Of a DNA stretch of 59,636 nucleotides, positions 45,454-55,252 are shown piece after piece. The stretch's first letter is position 1. The number at the start of each line of letters is the position of its first letter. The notes beneath the pieces were generated by a model. It was not told the DNA's origin, searched no databases, and saw only the letters and a list, made by a program, of their open reading frames with translations. The stretch is from a virus (lineage: Duplodnaviria; Caudoviricetes): positions 1 through 59,636 of the IMG/VR virus record IMGVR_UViG_3300031578_000030. One strand, given 5' to 3'. Made by a program: the position numbers and the translations under genes.

Positions 45454-46250
45454 TCACCTCCATACTTCTTGAGCAATTCAAGCATCGCCGCCGCGTCCGC
45501 CGGCCACGGGCCCTCGAACCGCTGACTACCGTTGTCGATAATCAGCCAGGGCATCTTACCGGAAGAGACCCCAGCGTCGAACGCCTGGCGCAGGGCAGGT
45601 GCCATCTGGACAAGATCCGCGTCCTTGTCCAGCATCCGATACGCCGGCTGGCCCTCGATCATCTGACTGTGCTTGTCCAGGTAATCCCGAATCGGCTTGC
45701 TCGTCAGGATCGCCCGCTGCTGGAGTATCAGGTTGCTTGTCTTCGGGTCCTGCTCGTAAATGAGCATTGTCAGCAGCGGGCCGGGCTGAGGGTTTGGATC
45801 TGGATCCGGTTGTGGATCAGGCTGCGGATCGGGTTGCGGATCTGGCTGCACGTCCCCATACTCAAAATCGGCCCGGATGATCGGGTCAAGCCCGGGTGCC
45901 TCGACCTGGAGCAAGAACGTCCGAGGCCCCGGCACCGTGCCCACGAAGAGCTGCGTCCGGCCGGCATCGAATCCGAGCACGAGGTCCGTGTCCAGAAGCG
46001 GGATGCGATGCCAGGTAATTCGCTGGCCTTCCTCGACGCCCTGGGCCTGGAGGATCATCGTCGCCCCCGGCTGCGCTTCCTGCGTCGGAGGAAACGGCGA
46101 AACGACCACGGTCACCTCGGCCTGTGCGACCTCGTTTGCGGGAATAAACGTGAATATCCCCAATGCAATAAATCCTGCGAGGATCGCGCCAATCACAATA
46201 CCCCCAAAATCAGGTCCCACACGTTGCAACCACCTATCAACGTAGCGCAT
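45450..46250 (-). CDS. membrane-anchored protein with PDPQ linker
   Basis: N-terminal TM, (PDPQ)n repeat, thioredoxin-like C-terminus. Confidence 0.65.
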   Translation of the reverse strand: MRYVDRWLQRVGPDFGGIVIGAILAGFIALGIFTFIPANEVAQAEVTVVVSPFPPTQEAQPGATMILQAQGVEEGQRITWHRIPLLDTDLVLGFDAGRTQLFVGTVPGPRTFLLQVEAPGLDPIIRADFEYGDVQPDPQPDPQPDPQPDPDPNPQPGPLLTMLIYEQDPKTSNLILQQRAILTSKPIRDYLDKHSQMIEGQPAYRMLDKDADLVQMAPALRQAFDAGVSSGKMPWLIIDNGSQRFEGPWPADAAAMLELLKKYGGE

Positions 46251-46262
46251 GGTAAGCCTCCT

Positions 46263-46508
46263 TTACAGGCCGAAAATCAGCAACAGCAATGGCAGCAGCT
46301 TTTCGATGAACGCAAGGAATGCGTCCCAATCGAAACCCGGCTTGCCGCATACGGTTGGATTTTCCCTGACAACCGATTCGGCCAGCAAAGCGACCATGCC
46401 GATCCGGTCTTCCGGATCCCATTGGCCTGCATCCTTGATCGCCTTTGCGTGCCTGATCAGGTTGACCAACGTCAGGCCAAGGTCTCGACGTTCTCGAATG
46501 TTCATCAC
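46263..46508 (-). CDS. small membrane-associated protein
   Basis: FDWDAFLAFIEKLLPLLLLIF; GGAGG RBS. Confidence 0.6.
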   Translation of the reverse strand: MMNIRERRDLGLTLVNLIRHAKAIKDAGQWDPEDRIGMVALLAESVVRENPTVCGKPGFDWDAFLAFIEKLLPLLLLIFGL

Positions 46509-46532
46509 ATCACCTCCTGAAAAAGTGTTGGG

Positions 46533-46850
46533 TTATCCCGGTTTTTTTTGACGCTGCCGCTTGGCTGCGTCGAACATCTTCTTTAGTGACTCGCTCATTT
46601 CCTTCGTCATCGGCTCGCCGTGGGTACGGGTAACTTGTTTGGCCCACGGGTAAAACTGAAGCGGATCAATCGCCTTATCCCGCTTCCCTCGAAACATGTT
46701 GTATATCGTCGCCTGTAGGGCGAAGAGGCGATTCCATCGGGACTGGTCCACCGCCTCTGCCATCCACATCAACTCCCGGAGGGTGTATCGCTCGATGTCC
46801 TGGACTCCCGCGAGGGCAGCGAACTCAAGACAGATTCGCCAAACTCCTCC
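46533..46850 (-). CDS. tail assembly chaperone C-terminal part (gpT-like); start uncertain
   Basis: YTLRELMWMAEA motif in a frame overlapping the end of the chaperone gene. Confidence 0.55.
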   Translation of the reverse strand, partial: GGVWRICLEFAALAGVQDIERYTLRELMWMAEAVDQSRWNRLFALQATIYNMFRGKRDKAIDPLQFYPWAKQVTRTHGEPMTKEMSESLKKMFDAAKRQRQKKPG

Positions 46851-47287
46851 CTCCCGGCGTCGAACTGTTTCTGCATCGCCTCGCTCTGGATGATCGCCGC
46901 CCCTTTCTCCCACAGGCGGACGACCTCTTCGGCCTCCTTTTCGATCGCCGCCGCCTCGTGGAGCCGGCGGCGGGAGCGGAAAAAATCCGCCCACACCTGC
47001 CGGAATACTTCACTCAGGTCGAACAGCGCCTGACCATTTAGCCGGTTGGCAAAGTCCTCATCCGACAACTGCTTTTCATCAATCTGCGGCTTCAGAACCG
47101 CATAATAGATGTCTACCTGAAGCGCAATGTCGAGATCCATCCTGGTCAGTAGCGGCGGTTCGCCCTCCAAGGGCTCGAACAAATCCACCTTGCCGTACTG
47201 CGGTTCGAGCAGCTTGAGCACGCGATGCCGCGTCCCGACCGTGAACTCAACGGTCCAGTTGTCGCCTTTGGCGTCCTTGAACAACAT
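46769..47287 (-). CDS. tail assembly chaperone (gpG-like)
   Basis: FKDAKGDNW...WADFFR; directly after the tail tube gene. Confidence 0.7.
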   Translation of the reverse strand: MLFKDAKGDNWTVEFTVGTRHRVLKLLEPQYGKVDLFEPLEGEPPLLTRMDLDIALQVDIYYAVLKPQIDEKQLSDEDFANRLNGQALFDLSEVFRQVWADFFRSRRRLHEAAAIEKEAEEVVRLWEKGAAIIQSEAMQKQFDAGREEFGESVLSSLPSRESRTSSDTPSGS

Positions 47288-47298
47288 GGCTCACCTGT

Positions 47299-47754
47299 TT
47301 ACGCCCCAGTGGTTGTCGTGGTTGTCGTGGTCGTGACTGACTGCCACGACGGATCTCGCACCTCGTCGGTCGGCTCGGCTTTGGTCATATAGAAGGCAAA
47401 GCCCTCGTTGTCCTCATCACGGCTAAATTCCGTAATGTAAAAGTCAGCATCGAGCCCCTCGCCGCCGAGTTCGGTTGTCGCAAACAACGCTATCGGCGTG
47501 TTAGCGTTGAACGCCACAATCATCGCAGCCAGAAACGCGTCGTCCACGATGTCCCAAACCTTGAAATCAAGAGAGACTTCCGTCGCGATCGGCTTCTTGG
47601 TCTTGTACTTCGCTGACCGTCGAAGCGCCTCGGCCACGATCTTCGTCTGCCCGAGCGTCACTTCAGACACGTTGGTTGTCAGCGTGTCGGCCGTTGCTTC
47701 AGCGTCCCCGTAGTAGAATTCGCCGTTGAGCGATACACGTAATACGCCAGCCAT
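47299..47754 (-). CDS. major tail (tube) protein with C-terminal poly-Thr
   Basis: Position after the tail terminator; GLDADFYITEFSRDE; ends VTTTTTTTTTGA. Confidence 0.75.
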   Translation of the reverse strand: MAGVLRVSLNGEFYYGDAEATADTLTTNVSEVTLGQTKIVAEALRRSAKYKTKKPIATEVSLDFKVWDIVDDAFLAAMIVAFNANTPIALFATTELGGEGLDADFYITEFSRDEDNEGFAFYMTKAEPTDEVRDPSWQSVTTTTTTTTTGA

Positions 47755-47763
47755 GATCGCCTC

Positions 47764-48348
47764 CTATCCTGTAGGTTTGATGCTATTTTTGAACAGTTCC
47801 GAAACCTTTGGTTTGTTTGCCTCAAACGCCGGGTGCATGTAGGGCCGAGCGCTGATCGTGGCCGTCCGCTTCCGCCTCGCCCGGATCCGCAACGCCTGGC
47901 CCTTCTTGTGCCACAGACGCTTTTTACCTGCACGAAACCACTGGTCCGGGTCACGGCCCATCTTGTGAACCGCTGCACGCCCGCGGGGCGTGAGGTCCCG
48001 CTGGTACTCTTCCACCCGGATGCCGCCGCCGTACTCCAGCACGGCCGCCCCCGTCGGCTGACCGACAGGTTGCCCGTCCCGTGTCTTTCGCCGAAATATC
48101 GTCGGCCCGATCACCACGTTTTTCCTGGTCGGCTCCACGCGGAAAAAGATGTTGCGCTTGAGCGCCCCTGACCTGTTGGTCGGCGCCTCCCCTACCCGGG
48201 AGACTCGCTTCCGTCTCCGAATACTGAGCCGTGCCGTTCGCATCACGAAAGCACCGAACTTGCTCAAGGCCCGCAGCTCGCCCTTCGCCTTGGCCAGCAT
48301 GACCTTCTGCGCTTTGAACCAGATTTTGCCCGGCCGCATTCCGATCAT
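47764..48348 (-). CDS. neck/tail completion protein (HK97 gp10-like)
   Basis: Basic; LEYGG; ARPYMHPAFE. Confidence 0.7.
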   Translation of the reverse strand: MIGMRPGKIWFKAQKVMLAKAKGELRALSKFGAFVMRTARLSIRRRKRVSRVGEAPTNRSGALKRNIFFRVEPTRKNVVIGPTIFRRKTRDGQPVGQPTGAAVLEYGGGIRVEEYQRDLTPRGRAAVHKMGRDPDQWFRAGKKRLWHKKGQALRIRARRKRTATISARPYMHPAFEANKPKVSELFKNSIKPTG

Positions 48349-48785
48349 TCGACCACGCTCCACGTCACTCGCAGAAGTCCGGTGAATACCCTAAACTCTT
48401 CCAGATGCTCCGCCACGAGCACGCCGCCAGCGCCCAGCGTCTCCGACTTCATCCACATCGCTTCCGTCAACCCGGGCAGCCGCCCCATCGCTAGAAACTT
48501 GTCGATCTCTTCCATCAGGGCGACCATCGCGTCCCCCTCGGCCAGCGTGTCGGGATCAATGGCCTTCTGAACTGCGATATCCACCGCATACTGGTATTCG
48601 CGCAGCGCTCTGTTTTTCGGCGCCGCACTCCAGATGGATGGAATCACTGACACACGAAGAGTTGCCAAATCCTCCAGGAGGTATTGCGGCAGATACTTCT
48701 TGACGGCCGTAAACGGCTGACTGAACTCTTCACCGTTCAGGGCCGTGACTATTGCATCGGCGATGTCAGCGTGCATGCTGCTCAT
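48345..48785 (-). CDS. tail terminator-like protein
   Basis: IADAIVTALN...VDIAVQK; synteny. Confidence 0.65.
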   Translation of the reverse strand: MSSMHADIADAIVTALNGEEFSQPFTAVKKYLPQYLLEDLATLRVSVIPSIWSAAPKNRALREYQYAVDIAVQKAIDPDTLAEGDAMVALMEEIDKFLAMGRLPGLTEAMWMKSETLGAGGVLVAEHLEEFRVFTGLLRVTWSVVE

Positions 48786-49165
48786 GTCTCTACGCTCACT
48801 CGCTTGGCGTGTATCCTCAGCATTTTCCGAAACGCATCGTATCGGAACGGCTGCGCGTCGCCTGGTGCCATCACCTCATAGGTCAAAGTCGCTCCGTCCG
48901 CACCGCCCGACTCCTGGATCTGATCGCCCCGCCGCGGCTCGACCACCTGATCGGCGAACACGAGCGAGGCAGCCGGTATGATGAAGTCCCGATCGCTGTA
49001 CTCGATCCTGATCCCGCCCACGTCCTCGATCTGAAACTCTGTCGTCCCGATCGTCGCCTGCAAGATGAGCTGGTCATCGCCGCGGATGTACGTCACCTCC
49101 TGCGCAACATGAGCCTGTAGTTGTCCCGCCAACCACTCGGCAGCATCAGCCAGAACGTTGCCCAT
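48782..49165 (-). CDS. head-closure/head-tail adaptor (FII-like)
   Basis: VTYIRG, RDFII, EPRRGDQI, RIHAK. Confidence 0.7.
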   Translation of the reverse strand: MGNVLADAAEWLAGQLQAHVAQEVTYIRGDDQLILQATIGTTEFQIEDVGGIRIEYSDRDFIIPAASLVFADQVVEPRRGDQIQESGGADGATLTYEVMAPGDAQPFRYDAFRKMLRIHAKRVSVET

Positions 49166-49364
49166 CGGTCTCGTCCTCCGTTTTGTCGGGCTCCGGAGGC
49201 GGGGCGATTGCTGCAACCGTCCAGCCATCGCTCGTCATGGTCACATTGTCCAGCGAAACGGTCCCAGCCTTCAGCGCCCGCAGTAACGCCAGCGACTTGA
49301 GGTAGTCACAGCGCATGGCGGTGGAAGCCTGGATCTCAGCCAGGTCCTGCAAGAGGGAATCCAT
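49146..49364 (-). CDS. hypothetical protein
   Basis: 72 aa coupled ORF. Confidence 0.5.
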   Translation of the reverse strand: MDSLLQDLAEIQASTAMRCDYLKSLALLRALKAGTVSLDNVTMTSDGWTVAAIAPPPEPDKTEDETDGQRSG

Positions 49365-49374
49365 GTTTGCACCT

Positions 49375-50688
49375 TTACATCGCAAGCCACGTGTTGCCAG
49401 CGCCGCTCAGGCAAACAATCAGGACACCCTTACCAGAGGCGCTGGAAAACGCAACATCGGCCGAGGCCCCGTTGATTACCGCGCCGGAAGGACCGTAGAC
49501 CTTCAGGACCTTGTTGGAAACCCCGTTGCCGATGAACAGCACGCGGCCCGTCACCTTGTCGGCGGCATTGAGTACAACGCCCTTGGTATCGTCTGCCGCT
49601 GAAGTCGGGTAAATCGTGGCAGTACCTGCCGGCAAGGCGCCGGCATCGGCAACAGTGCTTCCGGCCGCTGCCGTCGAGGCTCCGACGCCTGGCGTGATAG
49701 GACCAGGGATCGCCGTCGCAATACTTGTGGCGCCGATCGTGATGGCCGACGTGTTGCTCGTACCGAGGCCAAGCGTGCCGTCGGTCCCCGATCCATGGGC
49801 GTTGCCGGCCAGAAGGGTCACGGCTCCGCCGTCAGCATTACCAGCCGTGCCGGCGCCTCCAGCGATTGCCACAGCGCCGCCTGTCCCTGAACTCGATCCA
49901 CCGGCACCACCTGTGACGGCGATTGCACCGCCGGCACCCGTCGCACCGCCGACACCGCCAATCAAAGATCCGGCTCCACCGGCAAGGTTGCCCTTGCCGA
50001 TGCCGCCTGTAACGGTCGCGGCCCCGCCGATTGCGTTGCTGGCTGCCGAGGCAGCCGCTCCGCCTGTCAAGCTCGCGGCCCCGCCGGTTCCGCTTGTGGT
50101 GCCGGCAGATCCGCCGGTTACGGACGCTGCTCCTCCTGCGCCTGTTGCACCGCCGGCTCCACCAACAAGAGAAGCGGCTCCGCCCGCATTTCCGGTTGTG
50201 CTGCTGGCCCCGCCGGTCACGGAAACCAACCCACCTTGCGCGGCGGCAGCGCCCACGATTGTCAACGTAGAGTCCGAACCGGTGATATCACTCGCCGTCA
50301 CACTGCCGGCGATCGTGGCCGTACGCTTCGCGGCCGTAAGAGCTACTTTGACATAGCTGTCGGTGGCAGCAGTAGTTTCGACGCAGCGGCCCATCAGGTT
50401 GAGGCTTGCCGCTGTCCCGGTGGCTGCCCCTGTCCCGGCAGTGCCGGTAACAGGGTCCCCCGTCGGGTCCCAATACACAGCATCGCCGGCGGTGAAAATC
50501 TCCGCCTTTTGAGGCACCTCCCAAGTGCCGCTGGTTGCCAGGCAGCCCTTGACGCCAGCTTCAATCGCCACTGGGGCAATCATCGGAGTCGTACCGATTT
50601 CGACGACCTGTCCAGCGATTACCGCTGCTACGGGCGTGTAGTCATCGACCTCGCCCGCAGAAACAAACAAAGCAGGTGTTTGAGCCAT
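49375..50688 (-). CDS. DUF2190-like capsid decoration/cement protein with long Gly/Ala/Thr-rich extension
   Basis: DYTPVAAVIAGQVV...AGDAVYWD N-domain, then GG-x(n)-GG repeats. Confidence 0.75.
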   Translation of the reverse strand: MAQTPALFVSAGEVDDYTPVAAVIAGQVVEIGTTPMIAPVAIEAGVKGCLATSGTWEVPQKAEIFTAGDAVYWDPTGDPVTGTAGTGAATGTAASLNLMGRCVETTAATDSYVKVALTAAKRTATIAGSVTASDITGSDSTLTIVGAAAAQGGLVSVTGGASSTTGNAGGAASLVGGAGGATGAGGAASVTGGSAGTTSGTGGAASLTGGAAASAASNAIGGAATVTGGIGKGNLAGGAGSLIGGVGGATGAGGAIAVTGGAGGSSSGTGGAVAIAGGAGTAGNADGGAVTLLAGNAHGSGTDGTLGLGTSNTSAITIGATSIATAIPGPITPGVGASTAAAGSTVADAGALPAGTATIYPTSAADDTKGVVLNAADKVTGRVLFIGNGVSNKVLKVYGPSGAVINGASADVAFSSASGKGVLIVCLSGAGNTWLAM

Positions 50689-50732
50689 TGTATTTTTCTC
50701 CTGATTGAGAGGTTAAGTTCCAGATTTGGGGG

Positions 50733-52928
50733 TTATGCACCAACCGAATGCACGCTGGCGCGGTACTCTGTCATGCTGGCCCCGAAGTCGTGATAGCCGC
50801 GGTACTGGATGCCCAACGTGTTGAAATCGGCGTCGGTGCTTTCCACGGTCGGCGCCTCAACGCCATCCAGGAAGCACATCGCAGCAGAGGCGAGCATTGC
50901 CGGATCGCAGAGCAAAAACCACTGCGTTGCCGAGCTGCCCGTATACGCGCTGTTAGACAGCTCGGGGACCACAACCGGCTTGAACCGGTTGAAGTAGATG
51001 TTGGCGACCATCGACTTGGAACTCGCCGTCATGTCCCGCATTTCCTGCGAGACGTAGAGTTTTCGGGCGGTGGCCTCCAGGTCGCTTGACACCAACAGTT
51101 TGATCGGTTCCATTCCGAGCAGGTTGTCATCCGGTCCCTTTGCATCGCGGAACAGCTTGACCGCCGTGTTCAACCCGGCTTCTGCCAGCACAGTAGTCGC
51201 GCCGGTCTGGTAGTTCCCGCGGGCAGTAGTCCAGAACGCCGCGCCGTTGACCGCCGCAAGCCACGCGGTCCAGAACACCTTGTTCATCTTGATGGCCGCG
51301 CCCATGCCCAGCCGATTGCGAAGATCGTCGAACGCCCCGAGGTCATCGTTGATGATGTCCTGGCGGGTCAGGGTGAGCATGCGGGCGTAGGTTTTCGCTT
51401 GTACGTCGTAGCTCTCTTGCCCCGCGGTGCCGTGATGGATCTCACCGGCCGGGCCGACTTCCTCATACTCAAGCGAAGTCGTCAGACGGAAAGCGGTAAC
51501 GGCCTTGAAGTCAGACACGTTGCGCACGGCAGCGACTTCTCGCCACGACTGCGGGATCGCCTGGAATCCGTCGAGCAGGATCTTGTTGCCCGTCGTGGTC
51601 AGCAGCGTGGTCAACGTATGGGTTGAGAACGCCGCCCGCATGACCTCCCGAAGGTTGCCGCTGTCGACCCAGGGACGCCCGGCATAACCGTTCTGCTGAG
51701 CACACAGCAGCAGCAGCCGACTGATGCCGAGGTTCCGAAATTGATCGGCCGCCTCCATCACCTCCGGCTTGTACTGTGTGTCCACATTTCGCACCCCGAC
51801 TGTGCGGCAGAATGCCGCCTCAATCGCTGAAGCAGAAAAGTCGCGACTGCTCGCGTGAATCGCCGGACCCTTCGGCCGAGACGCTACCTGGAGGTCGGCG
51901 TCGAACAGCTTGCCGGCCACGAGGTACTCGGTTTCCAATCGAGTCGCCGTCCATCGCTCTTTCAACGCGGCGGCCTTCGCCTCGACCGCTGCTTTGCGCG
52001 CGGTCGCGCAGAGGACGGCGTGCTCCGCAACGGGGATCTTATCGACGTACTCCAGAGCCTTGGCCTCGATGTCCGTCTGGTGCTTGACATAGGCGTATTC
52101 GATCGCCGGAAGATCGAACTCGAGCGGCTTCACATCAGCAGCCGCCGCCTTGATGTCCTTGCCGCTAGCAGCAGCCGCGGCCTTCAGCTCCGCGTCGTAC
52201 TGACCGCGGAGATACTGAAGCACGTCATCTCGCAGGCCCTCTTCGGTGATGCCTTGCGCCGCAATCCATTCTGAAAATTCCATGTCTGTTTCTCCTGTAG
52301 GGTGAGAAGCAGCGATGCTGACCGACGCGGATTGGTCGGCGGGGATCGCCACAAAGCTGGTTTCGACAAGGCGCGACTTTCGCGCGACGTAGAGCGGACC
52401 CTTCAGGGTCCGGGAATTCACGTTGGTCGACTGCCCCTTGTCCACGAACTCAACAACGTCCGGCTGAACGCCGACCGAAGCACGCCAGGGGAAGCCGTTG
52501 GCTGCGCTGGCAACGACCTCCTGCGCCGCTGCACCGACACCCGAGATTACCCCCTCGACCTTCAACGACTTGCCATTGTTTTCCGCCGTGTCAGCATGCC
52601 CGATGATCTGCTTGCGGTCATGGTCCAGCAGCACCGGAAAATCCGTTTTCACCTTTAGCCCCGCTAGGTCGATGGCAACCGGCGAGGGGTAATACTCAAT
52701 CTCCATCGTGCCGCCGCCATAGGCGGACATCTTGAACCGCTTTAGTTTCGGCTTGTCGTCCGCTGCCTCACTATCGGCCGCCACGATGAAGTCGAGCGAC
52801 TCCGACTCGAAGGCGATGATTGCAGACGGCATCGTTGGCGGCTGCTTCTTGGCCGCTTTTCGCCGGGGGCTTTTCGCCCGGTCGCCTGCGGCACGAATGA
52901 GCGGCCAGGGGTTATCGAGATAAGACAT
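50733..52928 (-). CDS. prohead protease - major capsid fusion protein
   Basis: AYGGG, LLDHD, GFPWRASVG, ETSFVAIPAD (protease); VSDFK, GEIHHG, TRQDIINDDLGAF, YHDFG (capsid). Confidence 0.88.
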   Translation of the reverse strand: MSYLDNPWPLIRAAGDRAKSPRRKAAKKQPPTMPSAIIAFESESLDFIVAADSEAADDKPKLKRFKMSAYGGGTMEIEYYPSPVAIDLAGLKVKTDFPVLLDHDRKQIIGHADTAENNGKSLKVEGVISGVGAAAQEVVASAANGFPWRASVGVQPDVVEFVDKGQSTNVNSRTLKGPLYVARKSRLVETSFVAIPADQSASVSIAASHPTGETDMEFSEWIAAQGITEEGLRDDVLQYLRGQYDAELKAAAAASGKDIKAAAADVKPLEFDLPAIEYAYVKHQTDIEAKALEYVDKIPVAEHAVLCATARKAAVEAKAAALKERWTATRLETEYLVAGKLFDADLQVASRPKGPAIHASSRDFSASAIEAAFCRTVGVRNVDTQYKPEVMEAADQFRNLGISRLLLLCAQQNGYAGRPWVDSGNLREVMRAAFSTHTLTTLLTTTGNKILLDGFQAIPQSWREVAAVRNVSDFKAVTAFRLTTSLEYEEVGPAGEIHHGTAGQESYDVQAKTYARMLTLTRQDIINDDLGAFDDLRNRLGMGAAIKMNKVFWTAWLAAVNGAAFWTTARGNYQTGATTVLAEAGLNTAVKLFRDAKGPDDNLLGMEPIKLLVSSDLEATARKLYVSQEMRDMTASSKSMVANIYFNRFKPVVVPELSNSAYTGSSATQWFLLCDPAMLASAAMCFLDGVEAPTVESTDADFNTLGIQYRGYHDFGASMTEYRASVHSVGA

Positions 52929-54744
52929 TGGTCACGTCTCCTTTTCCGTTGCCTGAAGCGTCAGGTTGCGGAGGCTCGCCCGATTCTCCGACAATCGTTT
53001 CGGCCTCCGATTTGCTGACTTGATAGAAGAGAATGACAAGCTGGATGGCTGTTTCGCGGGTGATATCGCCACCAGCCAGGGCCCGGAAAATATCAAGCAT
53101 GCCGGTGATGCCACCTGCCATTTCCAGCAGAGACGACCGCTTGATTGTCGTCGGACTCACCTCGGGGGCCGGCTTGCTGGAAGTCCCGCCCGGCACCTTT
53201 GCAACCGACGTGTCTTCCTCACTTTCAGCTTCACCTGCGTCTTCTGGTGTGACAGCTATAGCCCCGCCCCCGAGGTTGATTGCAAGCAGCCGCGCCCGAA
53301 GCTCGTCCACGGTCACGCCGTAGTCTTCGGCCATCACCGGCAGCTCTTCCTCAAGGTCGTAGCCGTCTTCGGCGTATAGCCGGCGGAGGCTGAGCGCGCC
53401 GGTCGAGAGGTCCGTCTTGCGGGCATCGGCCGTCTTGGTTTCATCGATCACCGGCTTGCGAGGCCAATCCCAGTCGTGGACCGGCGGAGGGTCTGCGGGT
53501 ACAGTCCAGCCGTAGCGGGCAACCGCCTCACGGAACCAGATGGCAAAAAGCGGCTCAAGCACCATGTCCTCGATGTCGGCCTGCTCCACGTCGACCGAAA
53601 CGAAATACGTGACGTGATCGAGCTTGCCGCCAGAGAACGAGTAACCGCTGGAATCAGCCGCCGCGATGTTGTACGGCATGTTCAACGGCCGGGCCTGCTC
53701 ACAGGCGTTCGACCGGACGAACTGGTCGTAGGTCGCGGAAGGCTGCTCCGCCCGCGGCTGGAAGGCGTCAAACCCAAAGGGCAACGCTACCATCATTGAC
53801 TTTTCAAACGGGACCGAGCTGAACGGCCGCACCAGGTCGGGGCCCTCGTTAGGCGACTGCTGCGTCTTCAGGAACAGCGAGAAGTTGGCAATGTTCTCAG
53901 CCGCGCTGACCGTGGCCTCGCGGTAGCGTCGGCCCTGGGCGAAGAGGTTGAGCGAAGGGTGGATCTCCGAGACGCCGCGGTGCTGCCCAGCCCGATCCTC
54001 GCGGAACAAGTGAAAGACGTATTCCGCGGGTATCCGCTCTGACTTGGCATTCAGGCCGCTCCACTGGCCGCCCGGGTGATACTTCAAAACGTGATAAGCG
54101 GTCGGGTTGCCGAACTCATCGAAGTCCACGCCGTCGATTCGATTCAGCTCCTGCCAGTTAAGTCCGGTCGTCGTCATCTGCTCGCACTCGATGGCCCGCA
54201 GCTCCAGCTTCACCCGATGGGCCAAACGTGGATTCTGAACCGCGATCAGAACCGCTTCGCCGTCAGAGACCTTTGCCTTGACTGCCGTGCGAAGCTTACG
54301 GGCCAGCCCCACCTCGGCCGCCCAACGCTTCCAGGCGGTCTCAATCATCCCGTTGAAGCCCGGGTTGCCGGTCTGCATCCGAAGCTTCGGGCCACGGCCA
54401 ACAACGTAGTTGGCTTGCGTAAGCTGGACACCCTTGCCCTGCCCGTTGCTCGCCACCTCGTAGCGGGCGCGCCGGCTGATCCGCCCGCGAACTGCCTTGC
54501 TGTTGGCGCCGTCGGCGTCCAGGGCGTCAGCCATCGTCCAGTGCTGAAGGTTCTGGCCGTCGAGGTTGGCCGCGTCATAGCTCCCGCGCCATCGGGGCGG
54601 GGTGGTATCAGATACGGTAGCGGGCTGTCGCCCGCCGGAGGTGACGTTGCCGCCGACTATTGAGGCTGTAGCCGCCCCGGGGATCTGCTCCTCGATCCCG
54701 CTCTGGATCGTGTCGGACACCGTTATGAAAGATCGAACCCCCAT
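52912..54744 (-). CDS. portal protein, lambda family
   Basis: RRARYEVASN, DGEA, GVDFDEFGNPTAYH, RAGQHRGV, YSFSGGKLD. Confidence 0.9.
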   Translation of the reverse strand: MGVRSFITVSDTIQSGIEEQIPGAATASIVGGNVTSGGRQPATVSDTTPPRWRGSYDAANLDGQNLQHWTMADALDADGANSKAVRGRISRRARYEVASNGQGKGVQLTQANYVVGRGPKLRMQTGNPGFNGMIETAWKRWAAEVGLARKLRTAVKAKVSDGEAVLIAVQNPRLAHRVKLELRAIECEQMTTTGLNWQELNRIDGVDFDEFGNPTAYHVLKYHPGGQWSGLNAKSERIPAEYVFHLFREDRAGQHRGVSEIHPSLNLFAQGRRYREATVSAAENIANFSLFLKTQQSPNEGPDLVRPFSSVPFEKSMMVALPFGFDAFQPRAEQPSATYDQFVRSNACEQARPLNMPYNIAAADSSGYSFSGGKLDHVTYFVSVDVEQADIEDMVLEPLFAIWFREAVARYGWTVPADPPPVHDWDWPRKPVIDETKTADARKTDLSTGALSLRRLYAEDGYDLEEELPVMAEDYGVTVDELRARLLAINLGGGAIAVTPEDAGEAESEEDTSVAKVPGGTSSKPAPEVSPTTIKRSSLLEMAGGITGMLDIFRALAGGDITRETAIQLVILFYQVSKSEAETIVGESGEPPQPDASGNGKGDVTNVLSR

Positions 54745-54941
54745 TACCCTGCCCTCGGAGGTTCCAGCTTGAAGAACCGCAGCCCAAGATGGTTCTGCGC
54801 GACGGCCTGCTGACCCGCCAGGTAGCGGTCGGCATCGATCAGTTCGCCCGTGTTCTTGGCGGTAACACTGCTGCCATCCACCGAAACCGTCGCCGGCCCC
54901 AGAACCTGTTGCTCGATCGCTTCCCGGATCGTGTCGGACAT
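54744..54941 (-). CDS. gpW-like head completion protein
   Basis: GPATVSVDG...ELIDADRYL; directly upstream of the portal. Confidence 0.7.
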   Translation of the reverse strand: MSDTIREAIEQQVLGPATVSVDGSSVTAKNTGELIDADRYLAGQQAVAQNHLGLRFFKLEPPRAG

Positions 54942-54978
54942 GGTTTCCTCCATAGACCAGGATCGGGGCGAGCGCATA

Positions 54979-55018
54979 CAAAAAGGCCACACGGGGGCAC
55001 GGCCCCGTGCGGCCTTTA
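54979..55018 (-). terminator. intrinsic terminator-like hairpin
   Basis: GGCCGCACGGGG-CCGTGC-CCCCGTGTGGCC-TTTTT on the - strand. Confidence 0.55.
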
Positions 55019-55252
55019 ATGGCGCTGGCGTCGCGGCCAGGGATCAGCCGGCAGCGTCGCCCCGATCAGGTTGTCTATTGAAGCCTAGACAGGACAGCGA
55101 ATTCCTGCAAGGCAAGATGGGCAGAATTGCCAGAGCTGGCAACTCGGAGGGTATTTCGGGCCAATCCAGAAGCGCCCCGGGGCAGACGCCGCGCCTATTC
55201 GGCATCATCCACCAGGGTAATGAACTAGCACGAATACGAGAACCGCGGCTGG

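Noticed and set aside
46960-47000. Programmed frameshift at GGATTTTTTC in the tail chaperone
   Set aside because: The alternative frame right after this site looks non-protein-like until about 46850, so the slip site cannot be fixed by eye.
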